NCBI GenBank assembly: GCA_022340485.1
Contig: JAJDNX010000035.1
Coordinates: 5,985-69,984 of the forward strand
DNA length: 64,000 nucleotides
Reading direction: 5' to 3'
DNA from: Gammaproteobacteria bacterium
GTDB taxonomy: Bacteria; Pseudomonadota; Gammaproteobacteria; UBA9214
The notes beneath the pieces were generated by a model. The model saw only the letters and a list, made by a program, of their open reading frames with translations. It was not told the origin of the DNA and did no database searches. This document shows positions 1 to 14,026 of this stretch, in pieces. Each line of letters begins with the position of its first letter. Position 1 is the first letter of the stretch. Position numbers and translations under genes: made by a program.

Positions 1-140
1 CAGGCGTCTCGCTCACGTGCCTTGAAGTCTTGCTTTTCGGTGATGTTCATCATTGTGCGGCCTCGCCGGGGTGTGAGTGTGTAGTTGGCTGCTGCAGACG
101 GTGCCTGTGCGTCAGTATAGTAAAAATGGTGGAGGTGGAT

Positions 141-953
141 TTATTTCTGGCACTTTGGACAATAAAAGCTCGATCGCTGTCCCTGGCGTATCTCCCTGAT
201 GGGGGCGCAGCAGCTGCTACAGGGGTTGCCTGCCTTGCCATAGACGTTCAAATGCTGGCTGAAATAACCGGGCTTGCCCTCGCCGTTGACAAAATCCCGC
301 AGCGTAGTGCCACCCTGGTCAATGGCGTGTTGGAGTACCTCTTTGATCACTTCAGCCAGCAAGCGGTATTTGTCCCTGCTCACCTTACCGGCGGCACGTC
401 CCGGGTGGATACCGGCCATATACAGGGCCTCGCTGGCGTAGATATTGCCGATACCCGCGACAACGTGGCTGTTCATCAGGAATTGCTTGATGGCAACCTT
501 GCGGTTGCGTGATTGCTGGTACAGGTAGTCGCCGTTGAATGCCTGGCTGAGTGGTTCACAGCCGAGCGGGCTGAGGAGACGGTGTTGCATGGCCGGTCTG
601 CGAGTCCAGTGCAGGCTGCCGAAGCGTCGCGGGTCGGTCAAGCGCAGTGCGGAACCAGCGAAGATGATGTCGACATGATCATGCTTTCGGGGTGGCTCGG
701 TCGCCGCGATGATTCTCAGGCTGCCGGACATGCCGAGATGCAGGATTGCAGTGCCGGCATCGGTATTCAGTAGCAGGTACTTGGCGCGACGGCTGACGCT
801 GTGGATGATTTGTCCAGTCAGTTCTTTTTCCAGTCGCCTGGATACCGGCCAGCGCAGGTTCGGGTTGCGCACGATGACACGGTTAACGCGCTGCCCGGTT
901 ATGTGTGGGGCAATACCGCGGCAGGTGGTTTCAACTTCCGGGAGTTCAGGCAT
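141..953 (-). CDS. mutM: formamidopyrimidine-DNA glycosylase (Fpg/MutM)
   Basis: Internal Met gives the canonical N-terminus MPELPEVET (catalytic Pro2/Glu3). H2TH region and C-terminal zinc finger CPKCQK are present. About 270 aa, matching Fpg length. The tool ORF 141..1289 is an upstream in-frame extension. Confidence 0.9.
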   Translation of the reverse strand: MPELPEVETTCRGIAPHITGQRVNRVIVRNPNLRWPVSRRLEKELTGQIIHSVSRRAKYLLLNTDAGTAILHLGMSGSLRIIAATEPPRKHDHVDIIFAGSALRLTDPRRFGSLHWTRRPAMQHRLLSPLGCEPLSQAFNGDYLYQQSRNRKVAIKQFLMNSHVVAGIGNIYASEALYMAGIHPGRAAGKVSRDKYRLLAEVIKEVLQHAIDQGGTTLRDFVNGEGKPGYFSQHLNVYGKAGNPCSSCCAPIREIRQGQRSSFYCPKCQK

Positions 954-981
954 GGTGTCGCTGGGTACCAGTCCCTGGTAC

Positions 982-1902
982 TCAGGGAGAGGTGCCGGGA
1001 AGGGGGGCTTGCTGCGTTGCCGTTCCCTGCTTGCGGGAGTCAGGGTCAATGCCTGTCTCAGGTGTCTGCAGCTGCAACATGGTCTTCCCCAGGTTGCCGG
1101 GAAAATGATACTGGATACCCCAGTCGGGTCTGGCAAGAACCAGTTCAGGTTCCTCTTGAAGAAGGTACAGGGTAACCGGTTCGCTGCTATCAGCCGGTAC
1201 CAGGGTGATGGACTTGCTTGATGCCTTGCCGTCATAACGACGGATATAGGTTGCATTCGCAGCCTGCCAGCGTGCAACCAGCGCCTCAATGGCGGCGGCG
1301 TTTTCGGCAGACACCGGCGGCGATGCCTGCCACTGCCCGTCGTTGTCGAGTGCCAGGTTCAGGCCGGGTAATGCAACCCCTGTCAACACGGCATGCTCTG
1401 GCAGCAGTCTGCGCTCGACGAAGTTGCTCCAGTCTGCATTCAGCAGGTGCTGGTATTTGTCGGTGACCAGGTAGACGCTGTCGTCAAGCCGGAGGTAGCG
1501 TTTGTGTTGCAGCGGTTCCGTATAGCCGAGGTAGAAAACCGTGTCATTGAGCAGCAGGGTTGCCTGTGGTGGATCCAGTCCGGCAGCGGCGAGGTCCAGG
1601 GCGCTGTCCGGATAGCTGCGGTCTGGCCGGGTATCCAGAATGCCGAGCAGTGCGCGCAACTGAAACTCGCTGGCAGGCAAGTTGTGTTCGCCTGTCAGCT
1701 GCCAGCCACGGGCGGTTTTTACAAAGCCCAGTGGTGTGCGTTCTTTTCGGGTCACCCGGATACTGTGTATGCTGTCTGTGGACAGCGTGGTAAGGGGTGG
1801 CGCTAGCGGCTCCTGTTCGAGTCCTGGCTGGTAAAAAATCACCAGCACCAGTACTACCGCGACACACAGCAGGATGAGGTTGAGCAGGGTTCTGGTACCC
1901 AT
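982..1902 (-). CDS. DUF4340-like periplasmic/membrane-anchored protein, fourth gene of the ABC-2/GldG module
   Basis: N-terminal hydrophobic anchor (LLNLILLCVAVVLVLVIF). Sits immediately downstream of the GldG-like gene with a 4-nt gap. Family assignment is from memory of a typical operon partner. Confidence 0.55.
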   Translation of the reverse strand: MGTRTLLNLILLCVAVVLVLVIFYQPGLEQEPLAPPLTTLSTDSIHSIRVTRKERTPLGFVKTARGWQLTGEHNLPASEFQLRALLGILDTRPDRSYPDSALDLAAAGLDPPQATLLLNDTVFYLGYTEPLQHKRYLRLDDSVYLVTDKYQHLLNADWSNFVERRLLPEHAVLTGVALPGLNLALDNDGQWQASPPVSAENAAAIEALVARWQAANATYIRRYDGKASSKSITLVPADSSEPVTLYLLQEEPELVLARPDWGIQYHFPGNLGKTMLQLQTPETGIDPDSRKQGTATQQAPLPGTSP

Positions 1903-1905
1903 GGT

Positions 1906-3276
1906 TCAGCGTCGCCGGCGTCGTAGCCAGATGAGAATCCCCGACAGTAACAGTAACAGCGGCATTCCGATGAGGAAGCCGATGGCAATGACTCCCTGGG
2001 CGACCTTGCCAAGTATCAGGGTGGTGTCGGGCGCAGACTTGACGTGGATCTCGATGGTGGCATCGTCGTGACTCAGCCAGCGTACAATGTTGAGTCCCAG
2101 TTCGAGATTGCCGGGATTGCCGAGATAGGTGTTGGACAGAAAGTCACCATCACCGATCACGACAACCCTTTGTTCCGGGATTTTTGTGTCATCCTTATGC
2201 GTTTCATCGGCAACGGTGCGTGTCAGCACAACGCCGATATCGAGTGGTCCGGCGCGTTCGTCCTGGTCGCTGTCAAAGCGAATTTCGCCCTTGATTTCAC
2301 CGGTCTCTGTCCAGGCGTGCTCCAGTGTGGTGAGCAGCGGCACGACCTTCCAGGCAGCACTGTCGCTGGTTTCCAGTGCCGCGGCCTCCGGGAAAACCGT
2401 GACTGTGGTCATCATGCTGGTGATGTCATGACGCGGGTAACCGGTGATCACAACAAATGTCGGGTTCTCGATGCCAAACATCTGGGTGGTGGCATCGACG
2501 ACCGTCCCCGGCAGCAAATGTACGCCGAGTTGTTCGGCCAGTGGTTCCAGTCCCACTGGTGAATCCGGTTCGGCCAGCCATAACAGGTTGCCACCTTTTT
2601 CAATATAGGACTGCAGCTTGTCCATCTCGCCTGGCAGCATGGCGCTGGTCGGGCTGGCCAGTACCAGCAGGCTGGTATTGGACGGGATCTCTGTTTCTAC
2701 CAGGCTGATGGCCTCTACATTCAGGCCCTTGCGTTCAAGTTCCTGGCTGAATGTGCCCAGACCATGATTGGTCTCGCCGCTGGAGCGGCGTTCACCATGG
2801 CCGGTGAGGAATACTATCCAGCGCTGTTCCTGTCGTGTGAGCCGCAGCAGCGCATTGGTAAGCTGCTGTTCGCTGAGGGTCTGGATCTTTTCGCTACGCT
2901 CCTGGTAGCGAATGACAATCTCGCCACCACTGGCGATACCCAGTTCACGGATTCGTTCCGGTGCCAGGTCCGGGTTGATGAACTCCAGGGTAATATCCTC
3001 CTTGAAGCGCTGGTAAGTACCCACCAGGTCCCTGATCTGGTTGCGCGTGATTTCATCCTCGCGCACAAAGGCGGTGATCCGGACCGGTTCGTGCATCGTA
3101 TCCAGCAGTCTGCGGCTGCCATCGGAGATCGTATTGCGCGCCCCGCGGGTCCAGTCTGCCTGGTAGACATATTGCGTGCTGAGCCATGCCAGCATGCCGA
3201 TGACTGCGATGAACAATACGGTAAAGATCAGGCTTTGCAGGCGCAGCAGCAGACGCGAACGGCGGGTAACTTTCAT
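1906..3276 (-). CDS. ABC-type transport auxiliary component, GldG-like
   Basis: 456 aa with N-terminal TM and C-terminal TM (LILGKVAQGVIAIGFLIGMPLLLLL) followed by RRRRR. Positioned after the ABC-2 permease, as in GldG/COG3225 operons. Confidence 0.7.
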   Translation of the reverse strand: MKVTRRSRLLLRLQSLIFTVLFIAVIGMLAWLSTQYVYQADWTRGARNTISDGSRRLLDTMHEPVRITAFVREDEITRNQIRDLVGTYQRFKEDITLEFINPDLAPERIRELGIASGGEIVIRYQERSEKIQTLSEQQLTNALLRLTRQEQRWIVFLTGHGERRSSGETNHGLGTFSQELERKGLNVEAISLVETEIPSNTSLLVLASPTSAMLPGEMDKLQSYIEKGGNLLWLAEPDSPVGLEPLAEQLGVHLLPGTVVDATTQMFGIENPTFVVITGYPRHDITSMMTTVTVFPEAAALETSDSAAWKVVPLLTTLEHAWTETGEIKGEIRFDSDQDERAGPLDIGVVLTRTVADETHKDDTKIPEQRVVVIGDGDFLSNTYLGNPGNLELGLNIVRWLSHDDATIEIHVKSAPDTTLILGKVAQGVIAIGFLIGMPLLLLLSGILIWLRRRRR

Positions 3277-3282
3277 GGTGCC

Positions 3283-4035
3283 TCAGGGTTGCAGTCGAGT
3301 AGCATCCAGGCGACGGATGCTGAAACCAATAAACAGCACAATAACCAGCAGGTAATAGACGACATCTACACTGTTAAACAGTCCTTTTAGCAGCGGCTCG
3401 TAGTGGCGCAGCATCGACAGGTAGGCAAGTAAACCGCTGTCTTCCATCTGGTTGTTGCCGGCCCAGTCAATAATCCACAACAGCAGTAACAGACCAAAGG
3501 TCGTCACGGCCGCAACCGTTGGTTGCTCGGTTAATGATGACATGTACACACCGATGGCCGCGAAGGCAGCGGTGACCAGCATCAGACCAAGCATGCCGGC
3601 GGCCACTTTGCCGAGGTCCAGCTCGGTACCGGCTAGCAGTGACAGTGGCATCAATGACAGCAGTCCCAGCAGTATCAGGAAGAAGGAAACGACACCGAGG
3701 TATTTGCCCACCACAATTTCTGTCATTGATACCGGTGCTGAAAACAGCAGGCTGATGGTGCGGTTGCGGCGTTCCTCGCTGAGGACGCGCATGGTGACCA
3801 GTGGCGTGATCAATAGCAGTACGACCGCGGCATCCGCAAACAGCGGCGCCACCACGATGTCCGCCACACCCGGTGCGCCATTCAGGGCGGCCAGCCGCGG
3901 TTGCAGGCCTACATAGGCCTCAAGCTGCGAGAGGAACAGGTAGGCGAGAATAAACAGCGTCACCGCGAGGATGCTCCAGGCCAGTGGCGACAGGAATAAA
4001 CTGCGCAATTCACGTGCCGCAATGGTTGCGATCAT
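3283..4035 (-). CDS. ABC-2 family transporter permease
   Basis: 250 aa, about 6 predicted TM helices. Translationally coupled to the upstream ATPase (stop/start overlap at 4035). Confidence 0.8.
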   Translation of the reverse strand: MIATIAARELRSLFLSPLAWSILAVTLFILAYLFLSQLEAYVGLQPRLAALNGAPGVADIVVAPLFADAAVVLLLITPLVTMRVLSEERRNRTISLLFSAPVSMTEIVVGKYLGVVSFFLILLGLLSLMPLSLLAGTELDLGKVAAGMLGLMLVTAAFAAIGVYMSSLTEQPTVAAVTTFGLLLLLWIIDWAGNNQMEDSGLLAYLSMLRHYEPLLKGLFNSVDVVYYLLVIVLFIGFSIRRLDATRLQP

Positions 4036-4982
4036 CAGGCGGCATCCTCGTTGACAGGCGTTTCACTGCAGGTGAGTTCTATGAAGATCTGTTCAAGGGT
4101 ACGCCGCTCGGGAGCCAGTTCATGCAGACCCCAGTGCTGGCCAACCGACTGTTCAACCAGTACAGCGGCGGGGTCGGTGTCGCTGTAGTGAATACGTACC
4201 CGCCCATCTGCCAGTTGTTCAGCACTGTCAACGCCCGTTAGCTGCAGCAAGCTGCTGAGTTCCGGTGGGTTCTGGAAGGCTGCAAGCAGTGAGGTTGGGT
4301 TCATGCGTTGTTCCATACCGCTGGTGGAATCCGTATACACCAGCTTGCCATGATGAATGATTTGTACGCGATTACAGGTGGCCTGTACTTCCGGCAGGAT
4401 GTGGGTCGACAGGATGATGCCGTGATCCGTGCCGAGTTCAGTGATCAGCGTGCGTATCTCGCGGATCTGGATCGGGTCGAGGCCGACCGTCGGTTCGTCG
4501 AGAATGACCACTGCCGGGTTATGAATGATCGCCTGTGCAATACCGACACGTTGCTGATAACCCTTGGACAGGTTGCCAATCAGGCGCCGTCCCACGTCAC
4601 CGAGCCCGCAGCGGTCTTTCGCGATCCCCACAGCAGCGCCAAGCTTGCCGCGCGGGATGCGGTTCAAACGGGCGCAATAATACAGGTATTCATCCACCGT
4701 CAGCTCCCGGTATACCGGCGGTTGCTCGGGTAGATATCCGATCTCCTGCTTGGCATGCTTTGGTTGGTCAAGCAGGTCAATACCCGCGATGCAGATCTGG
4801 CCGGCATTGGGTGCAAGGTTCCCGGTAATCATCTGCATGGTGCTGGACTTGCCGGCACCGTTGGGTCCCAGAAATCCCAGTACCTCTCCCTTGGCCAGGT
4901 CAAAACTGACATCATTGACGGCACAGGTGAGGCTGTAATAACGCGTCAGGTGTTCAACATGAACCAGGGATCTGTTTGACAT
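4035..4982 (-). CDS. ABC transporter ATP-binding protein
   Basis: Walker A GPNGAGKSS, ABC signature LSKGYQQRV and Walker B ILDEPTVGLD. Start set at MSNRSLVHVEHLTRYY (ATG) rather than the upstream TTG of the tool ORF. Confidence 0.9.
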   Translation of the reverse strand: MSNRSLVHVEHLTRYYSLTCAVNDVSFDLAKGEVLGFLGPNGAGKSSTMQMITGNLAPNAGQICIAGIDLLDQPKHAKQEIGYLPEQPPVYRELTVDEYLYYCARLNRIPRGKLGAAVGIAKDRCGLGDVGRRLIGNLSKGYQQRVGIAQAIIHNPAVVILDEPTVGLDPIQIREIRTLITELGTDHGIILSTHILPEVQATCNRVQIIHHGKLVYTDSTSGMEQRMNPTSLLAAFQNPPELSSLLQLTGVDSAEQLADGRVRIHYSDTDPAAVLVEQSVGQHWGLHELAPERRTLEQIFIELTCSETPVNEDAA

Positions 4983-5062
4983 GGTGGGTATTATTGCGTT
5001 TGTATCAGTGATTACAAGCCGGCAGGGTGAGTGCATGGTACGGCTGCATGCAGGACTTAACA

Positions 5063-7051
5063 ATGGCTACTTGTGACAGCGCACAACCGCGGGTGTGGCT
5101 TGGTGTAGACACCGGCGGGACGTTTACCGACTTCGTGTTATTCGACGGGGAGTCCTTGCGTGTCCACAAGGTACTGTCGACACCATCCGCCCCGGAGCAG
5201 GCCATCTTGCAGGGTATCCGGGAAATGGGTGTGTCAACGGCAGGTTTGCAGGTGGTGCATGGGTCAACCGTGGCAACCAATGCCATACTGGAACGCAAGG
5301 GTATGCGTACCCTGTATGTCACCAACCGTGGCCTCGGAGATGTATTGAGTATCGGCCGGCAGGCGCGGCGCGAACTCTATAACCTGCAGCCGCAACCCCA
5401 GCTACCCCCGGTACCCCGGGAATACTGTGTGGAGGTGAATGCGCGCATCGGTGCCGATGGTCGGCGCGTCAGTCGCTTGACAGAAGATGACCGGGAGCGG
5501 CTGCTTGAGGCGATTCGGGCGCTTGAACCCGAAGCCGTGGCCATCAACCTGCTGTTCTCGTTCATTGATGACAGCGATGAGCGTGCCATAGAACGGTGGT
5601 TGCCCGAAGCACTGTTTGTATCGCGTTCTTCACAGGTATTACCGGAATACAAGGAATATGAGCGAGGTATCGCCACCTGGCTGAATGCCTACATCGGCCC
5701 ACTGGTGGCTGGCTACCTGGAGCGCCTGAATCGCGCACTGGCGCCGGCGCCGGTCACGGTCATGCAGAGTTCGGGCGGTACCGTAAGTGCTGCAAGGGCC
5801 GGTGAGAAGGCCGTGCACCTGCTGCTGTCGGGACCGGCAGGTGGCTTGATGGGCGCACGCTTTATCGGCCAGCAGACACAGCAATCACAGTTTCTAACCT
5901 TCGACATGGGCGGCACCTCGACGGATGTTGCCCTGATCGACGGTGACATCGCATTGACCTCGGAAGGTCGTATCGGCCCCTGGCCAGTGGCCGTACCCAT
6001 GGTGGATATGCATACCATCGGTGCGGGTGGAGGCTCGATTGCCAGCATTGACAACGGTGGATTGCTGCAGGTTGGTCCTGAATCTGCAGGTGCCATGCCG
6101 GGTCCCGCCTGCTATGGCCTGGGAGGCGAGTTACCGACAGTGACTGATGCCAACCTGGTGCTGGGACGACTGCAACCGCAGGGGTTTCTGGGTGGTCGCA
6201 TGTCCCTGGATATCGAGGCAGCAACGACGGCGGTAATGAGTCTTGCCGGGAAACTGCAGCTTGGTCTCGAGGAAACGGCACATGGTATTGTCACGCTCGC
6301 CAATGAACACATGGCTCAGGCGCTGCGTGTCATTTCAGTGCAGCGGGGTATCGATCCGCGTCCCTACATGCTGGTGTCGTTTGGCGGTGCCGGTGGTTTG
6401 CACGTATGCGCCCTTGCCGATGCGCTGGGTATGCGTCGAGCCCTGGTTCCGGTTCATGCCGGTGTGCTGTCTGCGCTGGGTATGCTGGCAGCACCACGCG
6501 CCCGGCAAGTATCTCGAACCTTGAACGGTCCTCTGGCGGATTTTTCCGAGGAGGTGTTGATGCAGAAATTACAGGCCCTGGCTGCAGACGGTGCCCGGGA
6601 ACTGGTCGCCGAGGGGCTAGCCGCGAGCGAGATTCAAACAGCCTTCAGCCTGGACCTGCGCTACCAGGGTCAGTCCTATACGCTGAACCTGCCCTGGCAG
6701 GGGGTGGCCGCAATGACGTCCGCCTTCCATGCAGCACATGAACAGCGTTACGGGCATCGTCTTGCCACAGGCGTCGAACTGGTTACCCTGCGTTGCGGCC
6801 TGCAAGCCAGTCCGCCAAGAATGCACTTGCCGATGCTTGCGGACACTGTCTCGGGTGCGCGCGAAGCAACTTTTGGCAGGCTGGCCGGTTACTCTGATCC
6901 CGTACCGGTTTGGTCGCGCAGTCGCTTATGTGGCGGACAAACATTCGCGGGCCCGGCACTGGTGACGGAAACCGTGGCAACGACCTGGCTGCCAGCCGGA
7001 TGGTGTTGTCGCGTGGATGTACAGGGGAACCTGTTACTTGAGCGGAGCTAG
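5063..7051 (+). CDS. hydantoinase/oxoprolinase family protein (HyuA-like, N-methylhydantoinase A type)
   Basis: N-terminal GVDTGGTFTDFVLFDG motif and a second ATPase-fold region (FDMGGTSTDVALIDGD). About 660 aa. No HyuB partner in the window. Start chosen at MATCDS. Confidence 0.8.
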   Translation: MATCDSAQPRVWLGVDTGGTFTDFVLFDGESLRVHKVLSTPSAPEQAILQGIREMGVSTAGLQVVHGSTVATNAILERKGMRTLYVTNRGLGDVLSIGRQARRELYNLQPQPQLPPVPREYCVEVNARIGADGRRVSRLTEDDRERLLEAIRALEPEAVAINLLFSFIDDSDERAIERWLPEALFVSRSSQVLPEYKEYERGIATWLNAYIGPLVAGYLERLNRALAPAPVTVMQSSGGTVSAARAGEKAVHLLLSGPAGGLMGARFIGQQTQQSQFLTFDMGGTSTDVALIDGDIALTSEGRIGPWPVAVPMVDMHTIGAGGGSIASIDNGGLLQVGPESAGAMPGPACYGLGGELPTVTDANLVLGRLQPQGFLGGRMSLDIEAATTAVMSLAGKLQLGLEETAHGIVTLANEHMAQALRVISVQRGIDPRPYMLVSFGGAGGLHVCALADALGMRRALVPVHAGVLSALGMLAAPRARQVSRTLNGPLADFSEEVLMQKLQALAADGARELVAEGLAASEIQTAFSLDLRYQGQSYTLNLPWQGVAAMTSAFHAAHEQRYGHRLATGVELVTLRCGLQASPPRMHLPMLADTVSGAREATFGRLAGYSDPVPVWSRSRLCGGQTFAGPALVTETVATTWLPAGWCCRVDVQGNLLLERS

Positions 7052-7154
7052 CTTGATCCGCACTTGTGATCTGCTGCGGTACTTGCAGAGAATGGTACCG
7101 GACAGCATTTGCGCCGAGATGGCGCAACGAGGCAGGTGGCCTTTCTGCCGCCAA

Positions 7155-7185
7155 TAAAAAACCCGGCATAGCCGGGTTTCTGTAA
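7155..7185. terminator. bidirectional rho-independent terminator
   Basis: aaaaaaCCCGGCataGCCGGGtttct: GC stem flanked by an A-run on + and a T-run on the - strand. Lies between the convergent hyuA-like and rpmG genes. Confidence 0.7.
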
Positions 7186-7203
7186 TCAGGTGCCGGTGGT
7201 GGC

Positions 7204-7359
7204 CTACTTGATTTTTGCTTCCTTGTAGGGCACGTGCTTGCGTACGACCGGGTCGAACTTCTTGATTTCCATCTTTTCCGGCATGTTGCGCTTGTTTTTG
7301 GTAGTGGTGTAGTAGTGTCCTGTACCGGCAGTGGAAACGAGTTTGATTTTGTCACGCAT
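7204..7359 (-). CDS. rpmG: 50S ribosomal protein L33
   Basis: Minus-strand translation [51 protein letters not shown]. It is below the ORF-track size cutoff. Immediately downstream of rpmB. Confidence 0.9.
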   Translation of the reverse strand: MRDKIKLVSTAGTGHYYTTTKNKRNMPEKMEIKKFDPVVRKHVPYKEAKIK

Positions 7360-7370
7360 GATGTGAGCTC

Positions 7371-7607
7371 CTAGACCTTTTCGCCGCGCGCGCGCAGGTC
7401 GGTAAGTACCGTATCAATGCCCAGCTTGTCGATAATGCGCATTCCCTTGGAGGAGACGCGCAGTTTCACAAACCGCTTTTCACTGGAAACCCAGAACCGG
7501 TGTTCGTGCAGGTTCGGCAGGAAACGGCGACGGGTTTTGTTATTGGCGTGGGACACGTTGTTGCCGCATTGCGGACGTTTACCCGTGACCTGACAGACTC
7601 TGGACAT
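7371..7607 (-). CDS. rpmB: 50S ribosomal protein L28
   Basis: [17 protein letters not shown]...[13 protein letters not shown]...LRARGEKV. Start taken at MSRV (78 aa). Confidence 0.92.
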   Translation of the reverse strand: MSRVCQVTGKRPQCGNNVSHANNKTRRRFLPNLHEHRFWVSSEKRFVKLRVSSKGMRIIDKLGIDTVLTDLRARGEKV

Positions 7608-7768
7608 TGCTCTAAACCTCGTAAAAAAGCCCGCCAACGGCGGGAAGGGCCGACTTTATACCAGAAACTACCGTGAGTGACAAGCTGGCCGGGTACCCGG
7701 TGTTGTCGCAAGCGCTATTAGAATCAATGGCATATAGAATGACCTCGTGGCACTTGTCCTCTGCAGCG

Positions 7769-8446
7769 TCAAATCAGTCCCCGTTCGGCAAAAGACACAC
7801 CACAGCCGTCACCCACGACGACATGGTCAAGAACCCTGATATCGACCAGGCTCAGCGACTCCACCAGCCGGCGCGTCAGCTGCACATCGGCGCGGCTAGG
7901 CTCGGCGATTCCGGAGGGGTGATTGTGGGCAAGGATAATGGCGGCTGCATTGTGATGCAGGGCACGCCGCACGACTTCCCGGGGATGGACACTGGCACCG
8001 TCAATGGTGCCGCGGAACAGTTCCTCAAAGTCGATCAAGCGGTGGCGGTTATCCAGGAACAGGCAGGCGAATACTTCGTAGGGTAGGTGGCGCAACCGGC
8101 TGGAAAGGAATTGGCGGGTAGCCTCCGGGTTTTCCAGTGTGCCTCCACGGTACAGTTGTTCCTGCAGATGGCGGCGCGCGATTTCCAGTACCGCCTGCAG
8201 CTGTGCGAATTTGGCATCTCCGAGGCCATGATGGCTGCAAAAGCGTTGCCTGTCTGCCTCCAGCAACGGCCGCAGGCCGCCAAAATCTGTCAGTAAGTCA
8301 CGGGCGAGGTCAACGGCGGTTTTACCCGTTACACCGGTGCGCAGCAAGATCGCCAGCAGCTCGGCATCCGACAATGCCGAGGGACCACGCTGGAGCAGCT
8401 TTTCTCGTGGCCGCTCGCTGCGTGGCCAGTGACAAATACGGTGCAT
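7769..8446 (-). CDS. radC: RadC-family JAB-domain protein (UPF0758)
   Basis: [14 protein letters not shown] helix-hairpin-helix region plus JAB motif HNHPSG. Start at MHRICHW gives about 225 aa. Conserved rpmB-rpmG neighbour, divergent from coaBC. Confidence 0.88.
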   Translation of the reverse strand: MHRICHWPRSERPREKLLQRGPSALSDAELLAILLRTGVTGKTAVDLARDLLTDFGGLRPLLEADRQRFCSHHGLGDAKFAQLQAVLEIARRHLQEQLYRGGTLENPEATRQFLSSRLRHLPYEVFACLFLDNRHRLIDFEELFRGTIDGASVHPREVVRRALHHNAAAIILAHNHPSGIAEPSRADVQLTRRLVESLSLVDIRVLDHVVVGDGCGVSFAERGLI

Positions 8447-8603
8447 GGTCTTTGTATGCCATGGAGAGCACCGGCCAGCTATCGGAAGAATACACTGCAG
8501 CCTGTAGGCAGGGATAGACTGCCACGAAGCAAACCGGCATGCGGGGGACTGCGGCGATGGCAGCATCCCATCCGCAAACAATCATCTGCTACACTCCCGC
8601 TTC

Positions 8604-9863
8604 ATGAACAAGCTATCCGGAAAACACGTCCTGCTGGGCGTGACAGGCGGTATTGCCGCTTACAAGAGCGCCGAGCTGGTGCGGCAACTGCGAAGACAGG
8701 GGGCGGAGGTGCGCGTTGTCATGACCGCGGCGGCCACGGAGTTTGTAACACCGCTTACCTTCCAGGCACTGTCCGGACATCCGGTTCATACCCAGTTGCT
8801 GGATACCGGGGCAGAGGCGGCTATGGGGCATATCGAACTGGCACGCTGGGCAGATGTACTGCTGATCGCCCCTGCAACCGCTGATTTTATGGCCCGTCTG
8901 GTTGCAGGGCGTGCCAATGACCTGCTGACGGCGGTGTCTCTGGCCTGTGATGCGACACTTGCAATTGCACCGGCCATGAATCGTGTCATGTGGGACAAGC
9001 AGGCTACGCGGGAAAATATGATGGCCCTGAAACAGCGGGGCGTGCAGGTACTGGGCCCGGCTGAGGGATTGCAGGCCTGTGGCGACAGCGGTCCCGGCAG
9101 AATGCTGGAGCCCGTTGAACTGCTGGCCGCGCTGTCCGCGTTGCTGGATACCGGCACCCTTGCCGGACGGCGGGTACTGGTGACCGCCGGCCCAACCCGG
9201 GAGGCCATAGACCCGGTCCGCTATATCAGTAATCGCAGTTCCGGCCGAATGGGCTATGCGGTGGCTGCCGCGGCAGTCGAGGCGGGAGCAGACGTCCTGC
9301 TGATCAGCGGCCCGGTGAGTCTGGAGACACCTCCAAGGGCGCGGCGTATCGATGTAGAGAGTGCCGCTGAAATGCACGCTGCCGTCATGAGCGAAATTGC
9401 GTTGACCGATATCTTTATCAGTGTTGCTGCCGTGGCTGATTACCGACCGGCGTCGGTTGCATCACAGAAGCTCAAGAAAACCGCGGCAACCTTATCCCTG
9501 GAACTGAAACGTAATCCGGACATCCTCGCGGAGGTGGCGGCATTGACCGATGCGCCGTTTACCGTGGGATTTGCCGCAGAAACGCAAGCCATGGAAAGCA
9601 ATGCCCGGGACAAGTTGCGGGCAAAAAATATCGACATGATCGCCGCCAATGTGGTTGGGCAGCAGCTGGGTTTTGACTGTGAAGACAATGCACTGCGGGT
9701 GATATGGGGGCAGGGTGAACAGCAGTTGCCACTGGCTGGCAAGGGGAAACTGGCCCGGCAGCTGGTTGCCATCATAGCCGAGCGCTTTGCACTTACCATT
9801 CGCGGGGAAACACAAAACCCGCAGGGAAAGGTGTTCAATATTCATGCAAAAGATTCAGCTTAA
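8604..9863 (+). CDS. coaBC: bifunctional phosphopantothenoylcysteine decarboxylase/phosphopantothenate-cysteine ligase
   Basis: N-terminal flavoprotein domain ([15 protein letters not shown]) plus C-terminal CoaB domain. 419 aa. 3' end overlaps dut by about 20 nt. Confidence 0.92.
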   Translation: MNKLSGKHVLLGVTGGIAAYKSAELVRQLRRQGAEVRVVMTAAATEFVTPLTFQALSGHPVHTQLLDTGAEAAMGHIELARWADVLLIAPATADFMARLVAGRANDLLTAVSLACDATLAIAPAMNRVMWDKQATRENMMALKQRGVQVLGPAEGLQACGDSGPGRMLEPVELLAALSALLDTGTLAGRRVLVTAGPTREAIDPVRYISNRSSGRMGYAVAAAAVEAGADVLLISGPVSLETPPRARRIDVESAAEMHAAVMSEIALTDIFISVAAVADYRPASVASQKLKKTAATLSLELKRNPDILAEVAALTDAPFTVGFAAETQAMESNARDKLRAKNIDMIAANVVGQQLGFDCEDNALRVIWGQGEQQLPLAGKGKLARQLVAIIAERFALTIRGETQNPQGKVFNIHAKDSA

Positions 9864-10299
9864 GATTCTTGATCAGCGCCTTGGCAGTGAATTTCCCCTG
9901 CCTCACTATGCCACGGAGGGTTCAGCCGGCATGGATATGCGTGCCTGTCTGGATGCTCCATTGCAGCTGGCACCCGGTGAGACCCAACTGATCCCGACCG
10001 GGCTAGCGATTCATGTCGAGGATGCCAGCCTTGCGGCCGTGCTGTTGCCGCGTTCTGGGCTGGGCCACAAGCATGGCATCGTACTCGGGAATCTGGTGGG
10101 ACTGATCGATTCCGACTATCAGGGGCAGGTGTTCGTTTCCTGCTGGAATCGGGGTTCAGAAACCTTCACTATCGAACCGGGCGAGCGCATCGCGCAGATG
10201 GTGATCGTGCCAGTAGTGCGTGCTGACTTTGAAATTGTTGAAGATTTTGTAACCAGTGAACGGGGTGCGGGTGGCTTCGGGCATTCGGGACGTCATTAG
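9844..10299 (+). CDS. dut: dUTP diphosphatase
   Basis: [14 protein letters not shown]... with motifs GSAGMDLRA-like and RSGLGHKHG. 151 aa. Confidence 0.92.
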   Translation: MQKIQLKILDQRLGSEFPLPHYATEGSAGMDMRACLDAPLQLAPGETQLIPTGLAIHVEDASLAAVLLPRSGLGHKHGIVLGNLVGLIDSDYQGQVFVSCWNRGSETFTIEPGERIAQMVIVPVVRADFEIVEDFVTSERGAGGFGHSGRH

Positions 10300-10395
10300 G
10301 GTCAACAACGCGATGTACCATGCCGATCGCATTGGCAAGTGCCAAACTTGTAATTATTACACTAAAAACATGGGTCTAGGGTTTATTTAACAACC

Positions 10396-14026
<3,631 letters not shown>

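Noticed and set aside
141-1289. 382-aa extended Fpg ORF
   Set aside because: The canonical Fpg N-terminus must be Met-Pro-Glu (catalytic Pro2). The internal MPELPEVE gives a normal 270-aa protein. The upstream 112 codons are open reading-frame read-through.
6783-7355. 190-aa minus-strand ORF overlapping the hyuA 3' end and rpmG
   Set aside because: It is in a different frame from the real L33 gene, Pro/Ser/Arg-rich with low complexity, and overlaps two well-supported genes.
8613-9377. 254-aa antisense ORF inside coaBC (and similar antisense ORFs inside algC, ampG, chpA, tkt and others)
   Set aside because: These are typical GC-rich antisense frames with no motifs, fully embedded in strongly supported genes.
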